Shown: piece after piece, positions 27,855 to 37,302 of the stretch
Layout: each line of letters starts with the position of its first letter
How positions within the stretch are numbered: position 1 is the stretch's first letter
Origin: Clostridia bacterium
GTDB lineage: Bacteria > Bacillota > Clostridia > Lachnospirales > Lachnospiraceae
DNA: 56,934 bases
NCBI GenBank assembly: GCA_028722515.1
Contig: JAQYGS010000007.1
Span: 1 to 56,934, forward strand
Reading direction: 5' to 3'
Position numbers and translations under genes: made by a program
The notes under the pieces: model-generated
What the model was told of the DNA's origin: nothing
The model's database searches: none
Seen by the model: the letters and a program-made list of their open reading frames with translations, nothing else

Positions 27855-29246
27855 ATGAATCTGATAACGGTAAGAGAAATTTACAAAGAACGAGAAAAAT
27901 ATCTTGATCAGGAAATTACTGTAGGAGGATGGGTAAGAAGTGTACGTGCTTCCAAAAATTTTGGATTTATTGTCCTGCATGACGGCACTTTTTTTGAAAC
28001 ACTGCAGATCGTATACCATGATACAATGGATAATTTTGCTGAGATCAGCAAATTGAATGTTGGCGCAGCAATCATTGTGAGAGGAACTCTGGTTGCTACT
28101 CCACAGGCGAAGCAGCCTTTTGAGATCCAGGCGGAAGAAGTAACAGTAGAGGGTGCTTCTGCACCGGATTATCCTCTTCAGAAAAAACGTCACAGTCTTG
28201 AATATCTGAGAACAATGACCCATCTGCGCCCCAGAACCAACACCTTCCAGGCGGTATTTCGCGTACGTTCTCTTTGTGCCTATGCTATTCACCGCTTTTT
28301 TCAGGAGAGGGGCTTTGTATATGTTCATACTCCACTGATTACAGGAAGTGATTGTGAAGGTGCAGGAGAGATGTTCCAGGTTACCACCATGGATATGGAT
28401 CATATTCCCAGAAATGATAAAGGGGAAGTAGATTATACACAGGATTTCTTTGGAAAAGAGACTAATCTTACTGTGAGTGGACAATTGAACTGTGAAACCT
28501 TTGCACAGGCATTCCGTAATGTATATACATTTGGCCCTACCTTCCGTGCAGAGAATTCCAATACCACACGTCATGCTGCAGAATTCTGGATGATTGAGCC
28601 GGAATGCGCTTTTGCAGATCTGAATGATAACATGGATCTGGCAGAGTCTATGCTGAAGTACGTGATCAGCTATGTTCTGGAAAATGCTCCTGAAGAGATG
28701 AATTTCTTCAATTCTTACGTAGATAAAGGGCTTCTTGACAGACTTAATCATGTGGTAAATTCTGAATTTGGACATGTAACTTATACGGAAGCAATAAAAC
28801 TTCTGGAGAAAAACAACGATAAATTTGATTTCAAGGTATACTGGGGCTGTGATCTGCAGACAGAGCATGAACGTTACCTGACAGAGGAAATCTTCAAAAA
28901 ACCGGTGTTTGTTACTGATTATCCTAAAGAAATCAAGGCATTTTATATGAAGATGAATGAGGATAACAAAACAGTAGCTGCCATGGATTGTCTTGTACCG
29001 GGAATTGGAGAGATTATAGGCGGAAGTCAGAGGGAAGATGATCTGACCAAGCTGGAAAAACGTATGGATGAGCTGGGAATGAAGAAGGAAGAGTATCAGT
29101 TCTATCTTGACCTTCGCAAATACGGTTCTACCCGTCATTCGGGATTCGGACTGGGATTTGAACGATGTGTAATGTACCTTACCGGCATGGGTAATATTCG
29201 TGATGTAATTCCGTTCCCAAGAACAGTAAAGAATTGTGATCTTTAA
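27855..29246 (+). CDS. asnS: Asparagine--tRNA ligase
   Basis: OB fold 'GWVRSVR', 'LTVSGQL', motif 2 '[17 protein letters not shown]', motif 3 'GFGLGFER'. Confidence 0.97.
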   Translation: MNLITVREIYKEREKYLDQEITVGGWVRSVRASKNFGFIVLHDGTFFETLQIVYHDTMDNFAEISKLNVGAAIIVRGTLVATPQAKQPFEIQAEEVTVEGASAPDYPLQKKRHSLEYLRTMTHLRPRTNTFQAVFRVRSLCAYAIHRFFQERGFVYVHTPLITGSDCEGAGEMFQVTTMDMDHIPRNDKGEVDYTQDFFGKETNLTVSGQLNCETFAQAFRNVYTFGPTFRAENSNTTRHAAEFWMIEPECAFADLNDNMDLAESMLKYVISYVLENAPEEMNFFNSYVDKGLLDRLNHVVNSEFGHVTYTEAIKLLEKNNDKFDFKVYWGCDLQTEHERYLTEEIFKKPVFVTDYPKEIKAFYMKMNEDNKTVAAMDCLVPGIGEIIGGSQREDDLTKLEKRMDELGMKKEEYQFYLDLRKYGSTRHSGFGLGFERCVMYLTGMGNIRDVIPFPRTVKNCDL

Positions 29247-29270
29247 TTAGTAAAAGAAAGAGAGATTGAT

Positions 29271-30323
29271 ATGAGATTTATTCATCTTGCAGATGTTCAT
29301 CTGGGAGCTGTCCCTGACAGGGGATGCTCCTGGAGCAGCAGACGTGAGGAAGAAATCTGGGAAACATTCCGCCGGGTTATTGCGGGTATCCGCGAGAATC
29401 CGGTGGATTTGTTGTTTATAGCAGGAGATTTATTTCACCGTCAGCCGCTTTTACGAGAGCTAAAAGAAGTGAATTATTTGTTTTCCACCATTCCGGATAC
29501 AAGAGTTTATCTGATGGCAGGTAATCACGACTATATAAAACCGGATTCTTTTTACAGAGATTTTCAGTGGGAAAAAAATGTTATTTTCTTTAAAAATGAA
29601 CAGCTGACCTGTGTAAAGGATGAGAAATTGAATGTCTATGTATATGGATTGAGCTACGAACATCAGGAAATAGAGAAAGCTCTTTATGATAATGCAAAAC
29701 CGGAAGAAAAGGAAGGTATCCATATTCTGATGGCTCATGGAGGAGACAGCAGACATATCCCCATGAATGTGAAATCCATATCTGCAGCAGGCTTTGATTA
29801 CATAGCCATGGGTCATATCCATAAACCTCAGATAATCTTAAGAGACAGGGCAGCATATTCCGGTGCACTGGAGCCTATTGACAGAAATGATCTTGGAGAT
29901 CATGGATATATGGAAGGACATATAGAAAACGGAAGGCTGAAAACAAAGTTTGTTCCGTTTGCCTGCCGGTCGTACGAACAGATTATACTTACACTGAGAG
30001 AAGATACTACACAGTCTTCTCTGGAGGACATGCTTAAGGCAGATCTGGCTGGCAGAGGAAGAATGAATATGTACAGGATCATTCTTAAAGGAAACAGAGC
30101 TCCTGAGCTGCTGCTGTTGCCGGAAAGGCTGAAAGCATACGGATTTGTAACAGAAGTACTGGATGAATCGAAGCCTGCATATAACCTTGAGGCTTTGCAG
30201 GAAGAGTATAGTGGAACCTTGATTGGAGATTATATCAGTTATTTTCTTGGCAAAGACAGAAGCACAATAGATGACAAGGCTTTGTATTATGGGCTTCAGG
30301 CTTTGCTGGAAACAAGCAGGTGA
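29271..30323 (+). CDS. SbcD/Mre11/YhaO-like metallophosphoesterase (DNA repair nuclease)
   Basis: 'ADVHLG', 'AGDLF', 'GNHD', 'AHG', 'MGHIH'. Confidence 0.9.
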   Translation: MRFIHLADVHLGAVPDRGCSWSSRREEEIWETFRRVIAGIRENPVDLLFIAGDLFHRQPLLRELKEVNYLFSTIPDTRVYLMAGNHDYIKPDSFYRDFQWEKNVIFFKNEQLTCVKDEKLNVYVYGLSYEHQEIEKALYDNAKPEEKEGIHILMAHGGDSRHIPMNVKSISAAGFDYIAMGHIHKPQIILRDRAAYSGALEPIDRNDLGDHGYMEGHIENGRLKTKFVPFACRSYEQIILTLREDTTQSSLEDMLKADLAGRGRMNMYRIILKGNRAPELLLLPERLKAYGFVTEVLDESKPAYNLEALQEEYSGTLIGDYISYFLGKDRSTIDDKALYYGLQALLETSR

Positions 30324-30333
30324 CAGGCAGAAT

Positions 30334-31881
30334 ATGATTATCAGACGATTAAAAATAAATAATTTTGGAAAGATTCACGACAGAACTCTGGATTTTTCAC
30401 CCGGAATTAACGTACTGTATGGCCAGAACGAAAGTGGAAAAACAACAATTCATACTTTTATAAGAAGTATGCTTTTCGGACTTCCAAGAATGCGTGGAAA
30501 AGCAGCCAAAAATGACACTTTCAGTTCATATGAGCCATGGGAAAATTCTTCAACCTACGGTGGCAGTATATGGATTAACAGTAAAAACCAGAATTTTCGC
30601 ATAACCAGGAATTTTCAGAAAGACCGCATATCCGGTGAGATTTACAATGAGGACAGTAAAGAACTGGCAGATGCAGATAAAAAAAATATGGAAAGTGTTC
30701 TGGGAAATGTCAGTGAGGTAATTTATGATAATACTGTGTCTGTTGCTCAGTTAAAAAGCGTGACAGGACAGGATCTGGTCCGGGAGCTTGAAAATTATAT
30801 GGCAAATTACCAGGGAACCGGTGACAGCTCCATCGACCTGGGACGTGCAGAACAGATGCTTAAGATGACCAGAAAAGGATTCCTGGATCAGGAAGACAAA
30901 AAAAAGAGGGAAGTTGATAAAGAACAGCAGAAGATTTCAGCGAAAATGGATTATATAAAGGGAGAAATTGATGAACTGAAAAATAAAATGTCCCAGCTGG
31001 AAGAAAAGGCAGTATCTTTACATATGAAGCCTGGAGATATTCAGGGAGAGGATCTTCTGGAAGAAAAAATCAGAGAAGTCAGAAAAAAGAGAAATTTTGC
31101 AGCAACAGTTATGATCGCGGCGGCTGTCATTGGAATTGCAGTTCTGACGGGAGGTGCAGTGACAGGGGGCAGTGTGTGGGGCAGTCTTGTGGTTATTGCA
31201 ATTACACTGGCATTTGAAATCCTGGGAGGAATGAAACAGCTTAAATATGGCAGAGAGCTGCAGAAAAGAACATTTATGAAAACAAGATGGCTGTCCAGAA
31301 AAGAAAAAATGGAATGGAATCTTGAAAGTCTTCAGCAATCCTGTGATGAAAAGGAAACTGCTTATGAAAATCTGCAGGAAGAATACAGGGAGTTTGAAGA
31401 AAACGCATGCCTTCCCTCTGCAGAAAATATGGAGATTCAGGCATTGAATCTTGCAATGTCTACTATTGAGAAACTGTCCGGCAATATTCAAAGCAGGGTA
31501 GGCAGGAAACTTCGGGACAGGACTTCCCAGATCTTAAGCGAGATCACATGTGGAAAATACGAAGAAGTGATAATAGATTCCCAGTTCCATATGGCTGTGA
31601 ATACCCAGGGAAGAATCGTGGCCCTAGAGCGCCTGAGCAGAGGAACTATGGAACAGATTTACTTTGCTCTTCGTATGGCTGCAGGAGAAATCCTGTGTCA
31701 GGATGAAAAATTTCCGGTAATCCTGGATGATGTATTCGGAATGTATGATGAGGAACGTCTTCTGGCAGTACTTCAATGGCTGTATAAAGAAAAAAGACAG
31801 ATTATCATCAGTACATGTAATAGGAGAGAAATGGAGATTCTTGACAGGGAGCAGATTCCCTATCAGAAAATAATTCTGTGA
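30334..31881 (+). CDS. SbcC/YhaN-like SMC-type ATPase with central TM helices
   Basis: Walker A 'GQNESGKTT', coiled coils, signature 'LSRG', Walker B 'VILDD'. Confidence 0.85.
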   Translation: MIIRRLKINNFGKIHDRTLDFSPGINVLYGQNESGKTTIHTFIRSMLFGLPRMRGKAAKNDTFSSYEPWENSSTYGGSIWINSKNQNFRITRNFQKDRISGEIYNEDSKELADADKKNMESVLGNVSEVIYDNTVSVAQLKSVTGQDLVRELENYMANYQGTGDSSIDLGRAEQMLKMTRKGFLDQEDKKKREVDKEQQKISAKMDYIKGEIDELKNKMSQLEEKAVSLHMKPGDIQGEDLLEEKIREVRKKRNFAATVMIAAAVIGIAVLTGGAVTGGSVWGSLVVIAITLAFEILGGMKQLKYGRELQKRTFMKTRWLSRKEKMEWNLESLQQSCDEKETAYENLQEEYREFEENACLPSAENMEIQALNLAMSTIEKLSGNIQSRVGRKLRDRTSQILSEITCGKYEEVIIDSQFHMAVNTQGRIVALERLSRGTMEQIYFALRMAAGEILCQDEKFPVILDDVFGMYDEERLLAVLQWLYKEKRQIIISTCNRREMEILDREQIPYQKIIL

Positions 31882-31884
31882 AAG

Positions 31885-31939
31885 AAAAGAACCTGGTATC
31901 CTTTTGAGCAGTGGCTCATTTCAGGATTCAGGTTCTTTT
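31885..31939. terminator. Long bidirectional terminator hairpin between convergent genes
   Basis: AAAAGAACCTG...CAGGTTCTTTT outer stem with inner ATCCT/AGGAT and TGAGC/GCTCA stems. Confidence 0.7.
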
Positions 31940-31947
31940 TAGTCTTT

Positions 31948-33132
31948 TTATTTATCGTACTGAGACATGTACTCATTCACACAGCGTTTGATTCGATCTA
32001 CAGGATTAAGCAGATGGCTGACGGAAAGATCATGATTTAATGTATCAATAATTAAAGCAATATATTTGCTCATATCACAGGAAATATAGTAATCTCTGGA
32101 AAGTAGCTCAGGTGACTGATAAATCAGATTAGTTGTAAGTACCTTATCAAAATCTCCCTCTTCATGAGCCTTGTCAAATTTCTCCAGACCGTCTGTGAAA
32201 AGACCGAAGGTAGAACAGATATAAATTCTTCCGGCACCTCTTTCTTTCAGAAGAGAAGCGATCTTTATCACAGTATCACCAGATGAGATCATATCATCTA
32301 TCAGGATCATATCCTTACCTTTCAGATCCGGTCCCAGGAACTCGTAAGCGGCAACCGGATGGCGGCCGTTTATTTTTCTGGTATAATCCAGACGTTTGTA
32401 ATACATTCCCATATCTACGCCCAGTATATTTGCCAGGTAGATCGCACGGCTCATACTGCCTTCATCAGGGCTGATAATCATAAAATGATCGTTATCAATA
32501 TGAAGGCCCTGTTCGTTTTTCAGAAGAGCCTTGATAAATTGATAAGCTGGCTGAACGCTCTCAAAACCGTGAAGAGGTGTTGCATTCTGTATACGTGTAT
32601 CATGGGCGTCAAAAGTAATGATGTTCTCTACTCCCATGTCTACCAGCTCCTGAAGAGCTGTTGCACAGTCCAGAGATTCTCTGCCGCTGCGGATGCTCTG
32701 ACGGCTTTCATAGAGATATGGCATTATTACATTGACTCTTCGGGCCTTGCCGCCGATGGCGCCAATTACACGCTTCAGATCCTGAAAATGATCATCAGGA
32801 GACATAATATTGGTATACTCTCCCATACTGTAGGTGAGGCTGTAATTACATACATCAACCATTATATAAATATCATCGCCCCGGACAGATTCCATAACTG
32901 TGCTCTTGGCTTCGCCGGAACCAAAACGTGCAGTCTGAACCGGTATCAGATAGGAGTCCCTCTGGTAGCCTTCAAAGGCAAAAGAATTAAGCTCTTCGTG
33001 GCTTCTTTCCCTGCGCCAGCCTACCAGCCACTCATTCACTTTATCACCCAGCTCTTTACAGCTGACCAGGGGAATGAGTCCCAGCCGTCCTACCGGAAGT
33101 GTGGTTAAATCTTTCGTTGTTCCCTGTGCCAT
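31948..33132 (-). CDS. prs: Ribose-phosphate pyrophosphokinase (long clostridial type)
   Basis: 'RFGSGE', 'MPYLYESRQ', 'TFDAH', 'SPDEG', PRPP-binding 'LIDDMISSGDT'. Confidence 0.88.
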   Translation of the reverse strand: MAQGTTKDLTTLPVGRLGLIPLVSCKELGDKVNEWLVGWRRERSHEELNSFAFEGYQRDSYLIPVQTARFGSGEAKSTVMESVRGDDIYIMVDVCNYSLTYSMGEYTNIMSPDDHFQDLKRVIGAIGGKARRVNVIMPYLYESRQSIRSGRESLDCATALQELVDMGVENIITFDAHDTRIQNATPLHGFESVQPAYQFIKALLKNEQGLHIDNDHFMIISPDEGSMSRAIYLANILGVDMGMYYKRLDYTRKINGRHPVAAYEFLGPDLKGKDMILIDDMISSGDTVIKIASLLKERGAGRIYICSTFGLFTDGLEKFDKAHEEGDFDKVLTTNLIYQSPELLSRDYYISCDMSKYIALIIDTLNHDLSVSHLLNPVDRIKRCVNEYMSQYDK

Positions 33133-33135
33133 GAT

Positions 33136-34122
33136 TTATTTTCCTCCTAAAAAAATTTTCTGAATCCGAATATCTTTGCCCTCAAGTTTAACAATATGAT
33201 AATTGCTTGCAATTCGGGAAAAAGTCCGCTCGGAATAATTTTCCGAGAAACTCTCCAGCTTAAGGTTAGTTGATATTATTGTGGATTTTCTCCGCATGAT
33301 ACGCTCATTTATACATAAAAACAGCTGGGAAGAAACAAAACTGTTTGTAAGCTCTGTCCCCAGATCATCAATGATCAGAAGGTCGCTGTTAAATATCAGC
33401 TCTTCATTGGATGCCTGATCTTTTCTTGAAAATTTAGTTTCTGCAAGCAGGTCAAAAAGATCAAATGCGGAAAAATACATTACACAGTGTGCGGTTTTCA
33501 AAAGCTCGCGGGCTATGCAGTGAGACAGGAAGGTCTTTCCTACACCCGTGTCTCCATATAGAAACAGGTTCTCAAAAGAATGATCAAAATTTCTGACAAA
33601 ATTCCATGCAATGTCATATGCTCGCTTCGCAGTCTCTCTTTCAGTAAGCCCTGTAGCTTCGTCCCTCATTGTATCAGAATAATAATCAAAAGAAAAGTGG
33701 TCAAAGTTCTCTTTTTCAAGAATTTCTTTTAAATTAGACTGAGTGTAAAGTAATTCTACCTCGGCCTTCTTGAAACAGACACATTTTTCACTTCCTACAT
33801 ATCCCGTATCCTGACAGATAGGGCAGGTGCAGGGCAGTTCCAGATAATCCTCGGGATAGGAATTGCACACCAGAAGTGCCTTGCGTTCCTGGGTAAGAAG
33901 AGAAATTTCTTCTTTCAGATCTTCGGTACTGTTTTCCTTGCCATTCAAAAGCGCCCTTGCCTTTCTGGCGCTTAAGGTGGCAACTTCATCATCTATTTCT
34001 TTTAGCCTGGGAATCTTTGCATATACCTCTTCAATTCGCTCTTGCAGAATATTCCTGTTCCTGGCCTGGATTTTACTGTATTGCCGCATAATGGTATCAT
34101 ACTGATAATTCTGTAAAGGCAT
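33136..34122 (-). CDS. DnaC/DnaI/IstB-like helicase-loader ATPase
   Basis: Zn motif 'CPICQDTG...CVC', Walker A 'GDTGVGKT', 'LIIDDLG', 'STNL', 'RTFSRI'. Confidence 0.88.
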   Translation of the reverse strand: MPLQNYQYDTIMRQYSKIQARNRNILQERIEEVYAKIPRLKEIDDEVATLSARKARALLNGKENSTEDLKEEISLLTQERKALLVCNSYPEDYLELPCTCPICQDTGYVGSEKCVCFKKAEVELLYTQSNLKEILEKENFDHFSFDYYSDTMRDEATGLTERETAKRAYDIAWNFVRNFDHSFENLFLYGDTGVGKTFLSHCIARELLKTAHCVMYFSAFDLFDLLAETKFSRKDQASNEELIFNSDLLIIDDLGTELTNSFVSSQLFLCINERIMRRKSTIISTNLKLESFSENYSERTFSRIASNYHIVKLEGKDIRIQKIFLGGK

Positions 34123-34161
34123 AAAAGCCTCCTTTGCTATTATATGTAAATGTATTGCCTG

Positions 34162-35199
34162 TTACTGATTCAGCAGTTTCTTTTCATATTCATCGAAATC
34201 ATATTGTCTCTGATGAAAATTATTAAACCGGTTGGCTGCAGAAGACTTCTGGCCTGCAGAAGTCTTCCTGGAAGCTTTTTCTGTTTTCTTTTTCTGATAA
34301 GCTTCGTCCAGAAGCCGTATATCAGAAATGTCTTTTACATTTCGGGACTTCCAGTCTGACAGTATCTTATCTGCATACTGAAAGCTTGGCTGACCTGTTG
34401 TCATGACAGTCCGGCTGCAGGCCTCCTTTATAATTTCTATGGAAAAACCATAATCATTGAGCCACGTATTCATAAAAGAAATTTCTGTATCCACAGGATT
34501 ACGTCCACTGATGCCCATAGATTTCAGAATGGCAAAGTACTCCTTTGAATAGCGGGAACCGGATTCTTTGGCTTTCTCCACAGTATTGATTCCCTCCTGG
34601 GCCCAGGCTGTGGCTACGGTCTCCATATAACGCATACTCTTATGCCCTCTGCTTACACTGTATTCGATCAGGTATTCGATAAGATCTGCAGAGAGCTTCA
34701 GCTCATCATAAAAGAACAGAATTTTATTCATCTCTGAAGGAGAGAGAGTTTTCCCAAGATACTGTTCTGCAATATACAGGAGCTGAACTACCTCATCATT
34801 CTTTTTCAGTTCTTTTATCCTGTCCGGAGTGAGAGAGGAGGAAGTTTTGGAAACAGAAGGCTGGGAAACCTCTTCTCTGGAGGGGGATGTCTCAGGCATT
34901 ACAGAAGGAGCATTTAACGTAATATCGGTTATATCTTCGTTATTCCTGAAATGGAGGGTAAGCAGATTCTCTTTCTCCCAGTACTTCAAGGCGCGGATAA
35001 TATCTCTCTCTGTACAGAGAAGCCGGTCTGCAATCTGTTCCAGACTGAAAGAACAGGAGGAATCAGAAAGAAGCCTGAGAAGATAAATATATACTTTGAC
35101 AAATTCTCCATTCGCTCTGGGCATATAGTTATCTATAAAATTATTGGTTAATACAGTTACTTCTGCCTTAGAAGAATTTCCAAGAGTAATCAGGGACAT
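34162..35199 (-). CDS. dnaD: DnaD/DnaB-like replication initiation protein (two DnaB_2 domains)
   Basis: Start at ATG 35199; wHTH 'EFVKVYIYL...ALKYW'; two YxxxIxxxW-type motifs ('YMETVATAW', 'YADKILSDW'). Confidence 0.88.
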   Translation of the reverse strand: MSLITLGNSSKAEVTVLTNNFIDNYMPRANGEFVKVYIYLLRLLSDSSCSFSLEQIADRLLCTERDIIRALKYWEKENLLTLHFRNNEDITDITLNAPSVMPETSPSREEVSQPSVSKTSSSLTPDRIKELKKNDEVVQLLYIAEQYLGKTLSPSEMNKILFFYDELKLSADLIEYLIEYSVSRGHKSMRYMETVATAWAQEGINTVEKAKESGSRYSKEYFAILKSMGISGRNPVDTEISFMNTWLNDYGFSIEIIKEACSRTVMTTGQPSFQYADKILSDWKSRNVKDISDIRLLDEAYQKKKTEKASRKTSAGQKSSAANRFNNFHQRQYDFDEYEKKLLNQ

Positions 35200-35305
35200 A
35201 GATAGTGCGCTCGCTTTCCTACAATACTTTATTTCCTTTTTGGAGATTATCTGAATTATAGCACAACATATTTTAAAAGAGAATAGTAAGATTTTCAGCC
35301 CCGTT

Positions 35306-35593
35306 TCATCCACAATGGGATGTGGATAATGTGGATAATGTGGAAAACTTACGTGGATAAAAATTATCGTAACCTGAAAAAAGGTGATTTTTGTAGATAT
35401 TTGGGGAAATGTAATATAAAAAAATGTCGAATTATGTCAAGTGAATTATACACATAGAAATCCACACTGCAATGGAAGATAAAATGTGTATAACAATGTG
35501 GATAATGTGGATAACTTTCAAAATCACTGTAAATACAAGTAGTACAGGAGGGGGATAAAGTGTTTATAACTTTTTTAAAAGATGTTGGGATAA
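35306..35593. promoter_or_regulatory. DnaA-box cluster (about 13 boxes)
   Basis: Perfect TGTGGATAA at 35321, 35330, 35497 and 35506; TTWTNCACA-type at 35339, 35446 and 35485; one mismatch at 35306 and 35352; two mismatches at 35458, 35550, 35561 and 35585. Confidence 0.92.
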
Positions 35594-35598
35594 AAAGA

Positions 35599-35622
35599 AC
35601 TGCAGGCTTAATGTCCTGCAGT
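35599..35622 (-). terminator. murC terminator
   Basis: ACTGCAGG-N8-CCTGCAGT, preceded on + by an A-run (U-tract on the - strand). Confidence 0.65.
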
Positions 35623-35634
35623 CCATAAATATAA

Positions 35635-37014
35635 TTATTTACCTAAGAGATGTTCTCCAATGTCTACCACATCTCCTGCTCCCATTGTGATCAGAAGATC
35701 ACCCGGATTACAATGAGAGAGAAGGTAATTTTCAATCTCATCAAAAGTGGGGAAATATTCACACGGAGTTCCCAGCTTTAGTATCTCCTGCTGAAGGTCT
35801 TCTGAAGAGATTCCAATGGTATTGGTTTCTCTTGCAGCATAAATATCAGCCAGAACCACATGATCCGCAAGTGTAAGTGCACGGGCGAATTCAGGAAGAA
35901 GAGCTTTGGTACGGGTATATGTATGTGGCTGGAATACACACCAGATCTTCTGGTGGGGGTAATTCTTTGCCGCAGTAAGGGTAGCATGAATTTCTGTGGG
36001 ATGATGGGCATAATCATCAATAATAGTAACTCCTCCTGTTTCCCCTTTGTATTGGAAACGGCGGTCCGTACCTGTAAAACTTCCAAGACCCCTGACAATC
36101 ACATCATCAGAGATTCCAAGAAGTTCTGCCAGTGCAATGGCTGCCAGAGCATTGGAGACATTATGGATTCCCGGGACCTTCAGATAATAACTGCCTGTCC
36201 GTATATTATTTCTAAGTACATGGAAAGAGGCATGACCATATTTATCAAAGACAATATCGTCAGCCTGATATTCGGCATTATGTTCCAGACCATAGGTAAT
36301 AACTCTGCAGGGAAGATCCTTGATAATATCCTCGTATGCAGGTGTGTCTGCATTGATGATCAGTGCACCGTCTGCAGGAAGAAGCATGGCAAAACGGCGG
36401 AAAGAATGTCTGATGTCTTCAATATCTTTAAAGAAATCAAGATGATCAGCATCCATATTCAGGATAACGCTGATTTTTGGAAAAAAGCTTAAAAAGCTGT
36501 TGGTGTATTCACATGCCTCCGTAACAAAGGTTTCTGATTTGCCCACCCGGATATTTCCTCCGATGGCAGGAAGAATTCCTCCTACGCTGATAGTGGGATC
36601 GCAGCCTCCTTCAAGAAGAATGTGGGATATCATAGAGGTAGTGGTTGTTTTTCCATGAGTACCGGAAATAGCAATAGGAGTATCATAGTTACGCATAATC
36701 TGTCCGAGAAGTTCAGCACGGGTAAGCATAGGAAGTCCCTTTTCTACTGCACAGGCATATTCAGGATTATCCGGATGTATGGCAGCTGTATATACTACAA
36801 CTTTCACCTGGTCGCTGATGTTGGATGCTTTCTGACCATAAAAAATTCTGGCACCTTTCTGTTCCAGAGCCCGGGTAAGAGGACTTGGCTTAACATCTGA
36901 GCCGGAAATAATAAAGTTTTCCTCCAGGAGGATTTCTGCCAGACCACTCATGCTGATTCCACCGATTCCGATAAAATGAATATTCAGCGGTTTATGAAAG
37001 TCTATCTGATACAT
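35635..37014 (-). CDS. murC: UDP-N-acetylmuramate--L-alanine ligase
   Basis: Start at ATG 37014 after AAGGAG; 'GIGGISMS', 'GTHGKTTT', 'EACEY', 'DDYAHHP', 'FQPH'. Confidence 0.96.
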   Translation of the reverse strand: MYQIDFHKPLNIHFIGIGGISMSGLAEILLEENFIISGSDVKPSPLTRALEQKGARIFYGQKASNISDQVKVVVYTAAIHPDNPEYACAVEKGLPMLTRAELLGQIMRNYDTPIAISGTHGKTTTTSMISHILLEGGCDPTISVGGILPAIGGNIRVGKSETFVTEACEYTNSFLSFFPKISVILNMDADHLDFFKDIEDIRHSFRRFAMLLPADGALIINADTPAYEDIIKDLPCRVITYGLEHNAEYQADDIVFDKYGHASFHVLRNNIRTGSYYLKVPGIHNVSNALAAIALAELLGISDDVIVRGLGSFTGTDRRFQYKGETGGVTIIDDYAHHPTEIHATLTAAKNYPHQKIWCVFQPHTYTRTKALLPEFARALTLADHVVLADIYAARETNTIGISSEDLQQEILKLGTPCEYFPTFDEIENYLLSHCNPGDLLITMGAGDVVDIGEHLLGK

Positions 37015-37302
37015 AATGTATTTCTCCTTAAATTTATTTGCTGTTTTATTATACATCCTGCAGGTAAAAATGAAAAGAGTTTCTTGGTAAGGTATTAAGG
37101 GTGAGATTGTAAAAAAATACCAAATAATATCAAATAAATGGGAAAAATATATAAAAAATAAGAAACATTATGGCATATATTTAAAAGACGTATACAATTA
37201 CTATAAAAAATTTTTAAAATAGCAATAAAAATTGTAAATAATGTTCACTAATGGTAGGAAGTGTGATATAATTATACATCATAACTTACAAGAGGTGATT
37301 GC

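Noticed and set aside
27789-29138. 449-aa ORF antisense to asnS, and similar long antisense ORFs over the MBL nuclease, prs, murC, glgC, glgD, pfk and tkt genes
   Set aside because: Shadow frames of conserved genes caused by codon bias; no RBS or recognisable motifs.
33136-35199. dnaD plus IstB-like ATPase as a prophage or IS21 replication module
   Set aside because: No integrase, IstA transposase or phage genes nearby; the pair sits among housekeeping genes (prs, murC).
35306-35593. DnaA-box cluster as the chromosomal oriC
   Set aside because: No dnaA/dnaN/rpmH neighbourhood, no change in gene-strand bias across it, and no clear DnaA-trio tract. Kept as a non-origin cluster pending a skew analysis.
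37232-37251. Possible Rex operator upstream of glgC (TTGTAAA-N5-TTCACTA)
   Set aside because: The half-site spacing is one base too long and there are several mismatches in an AT-rich background.
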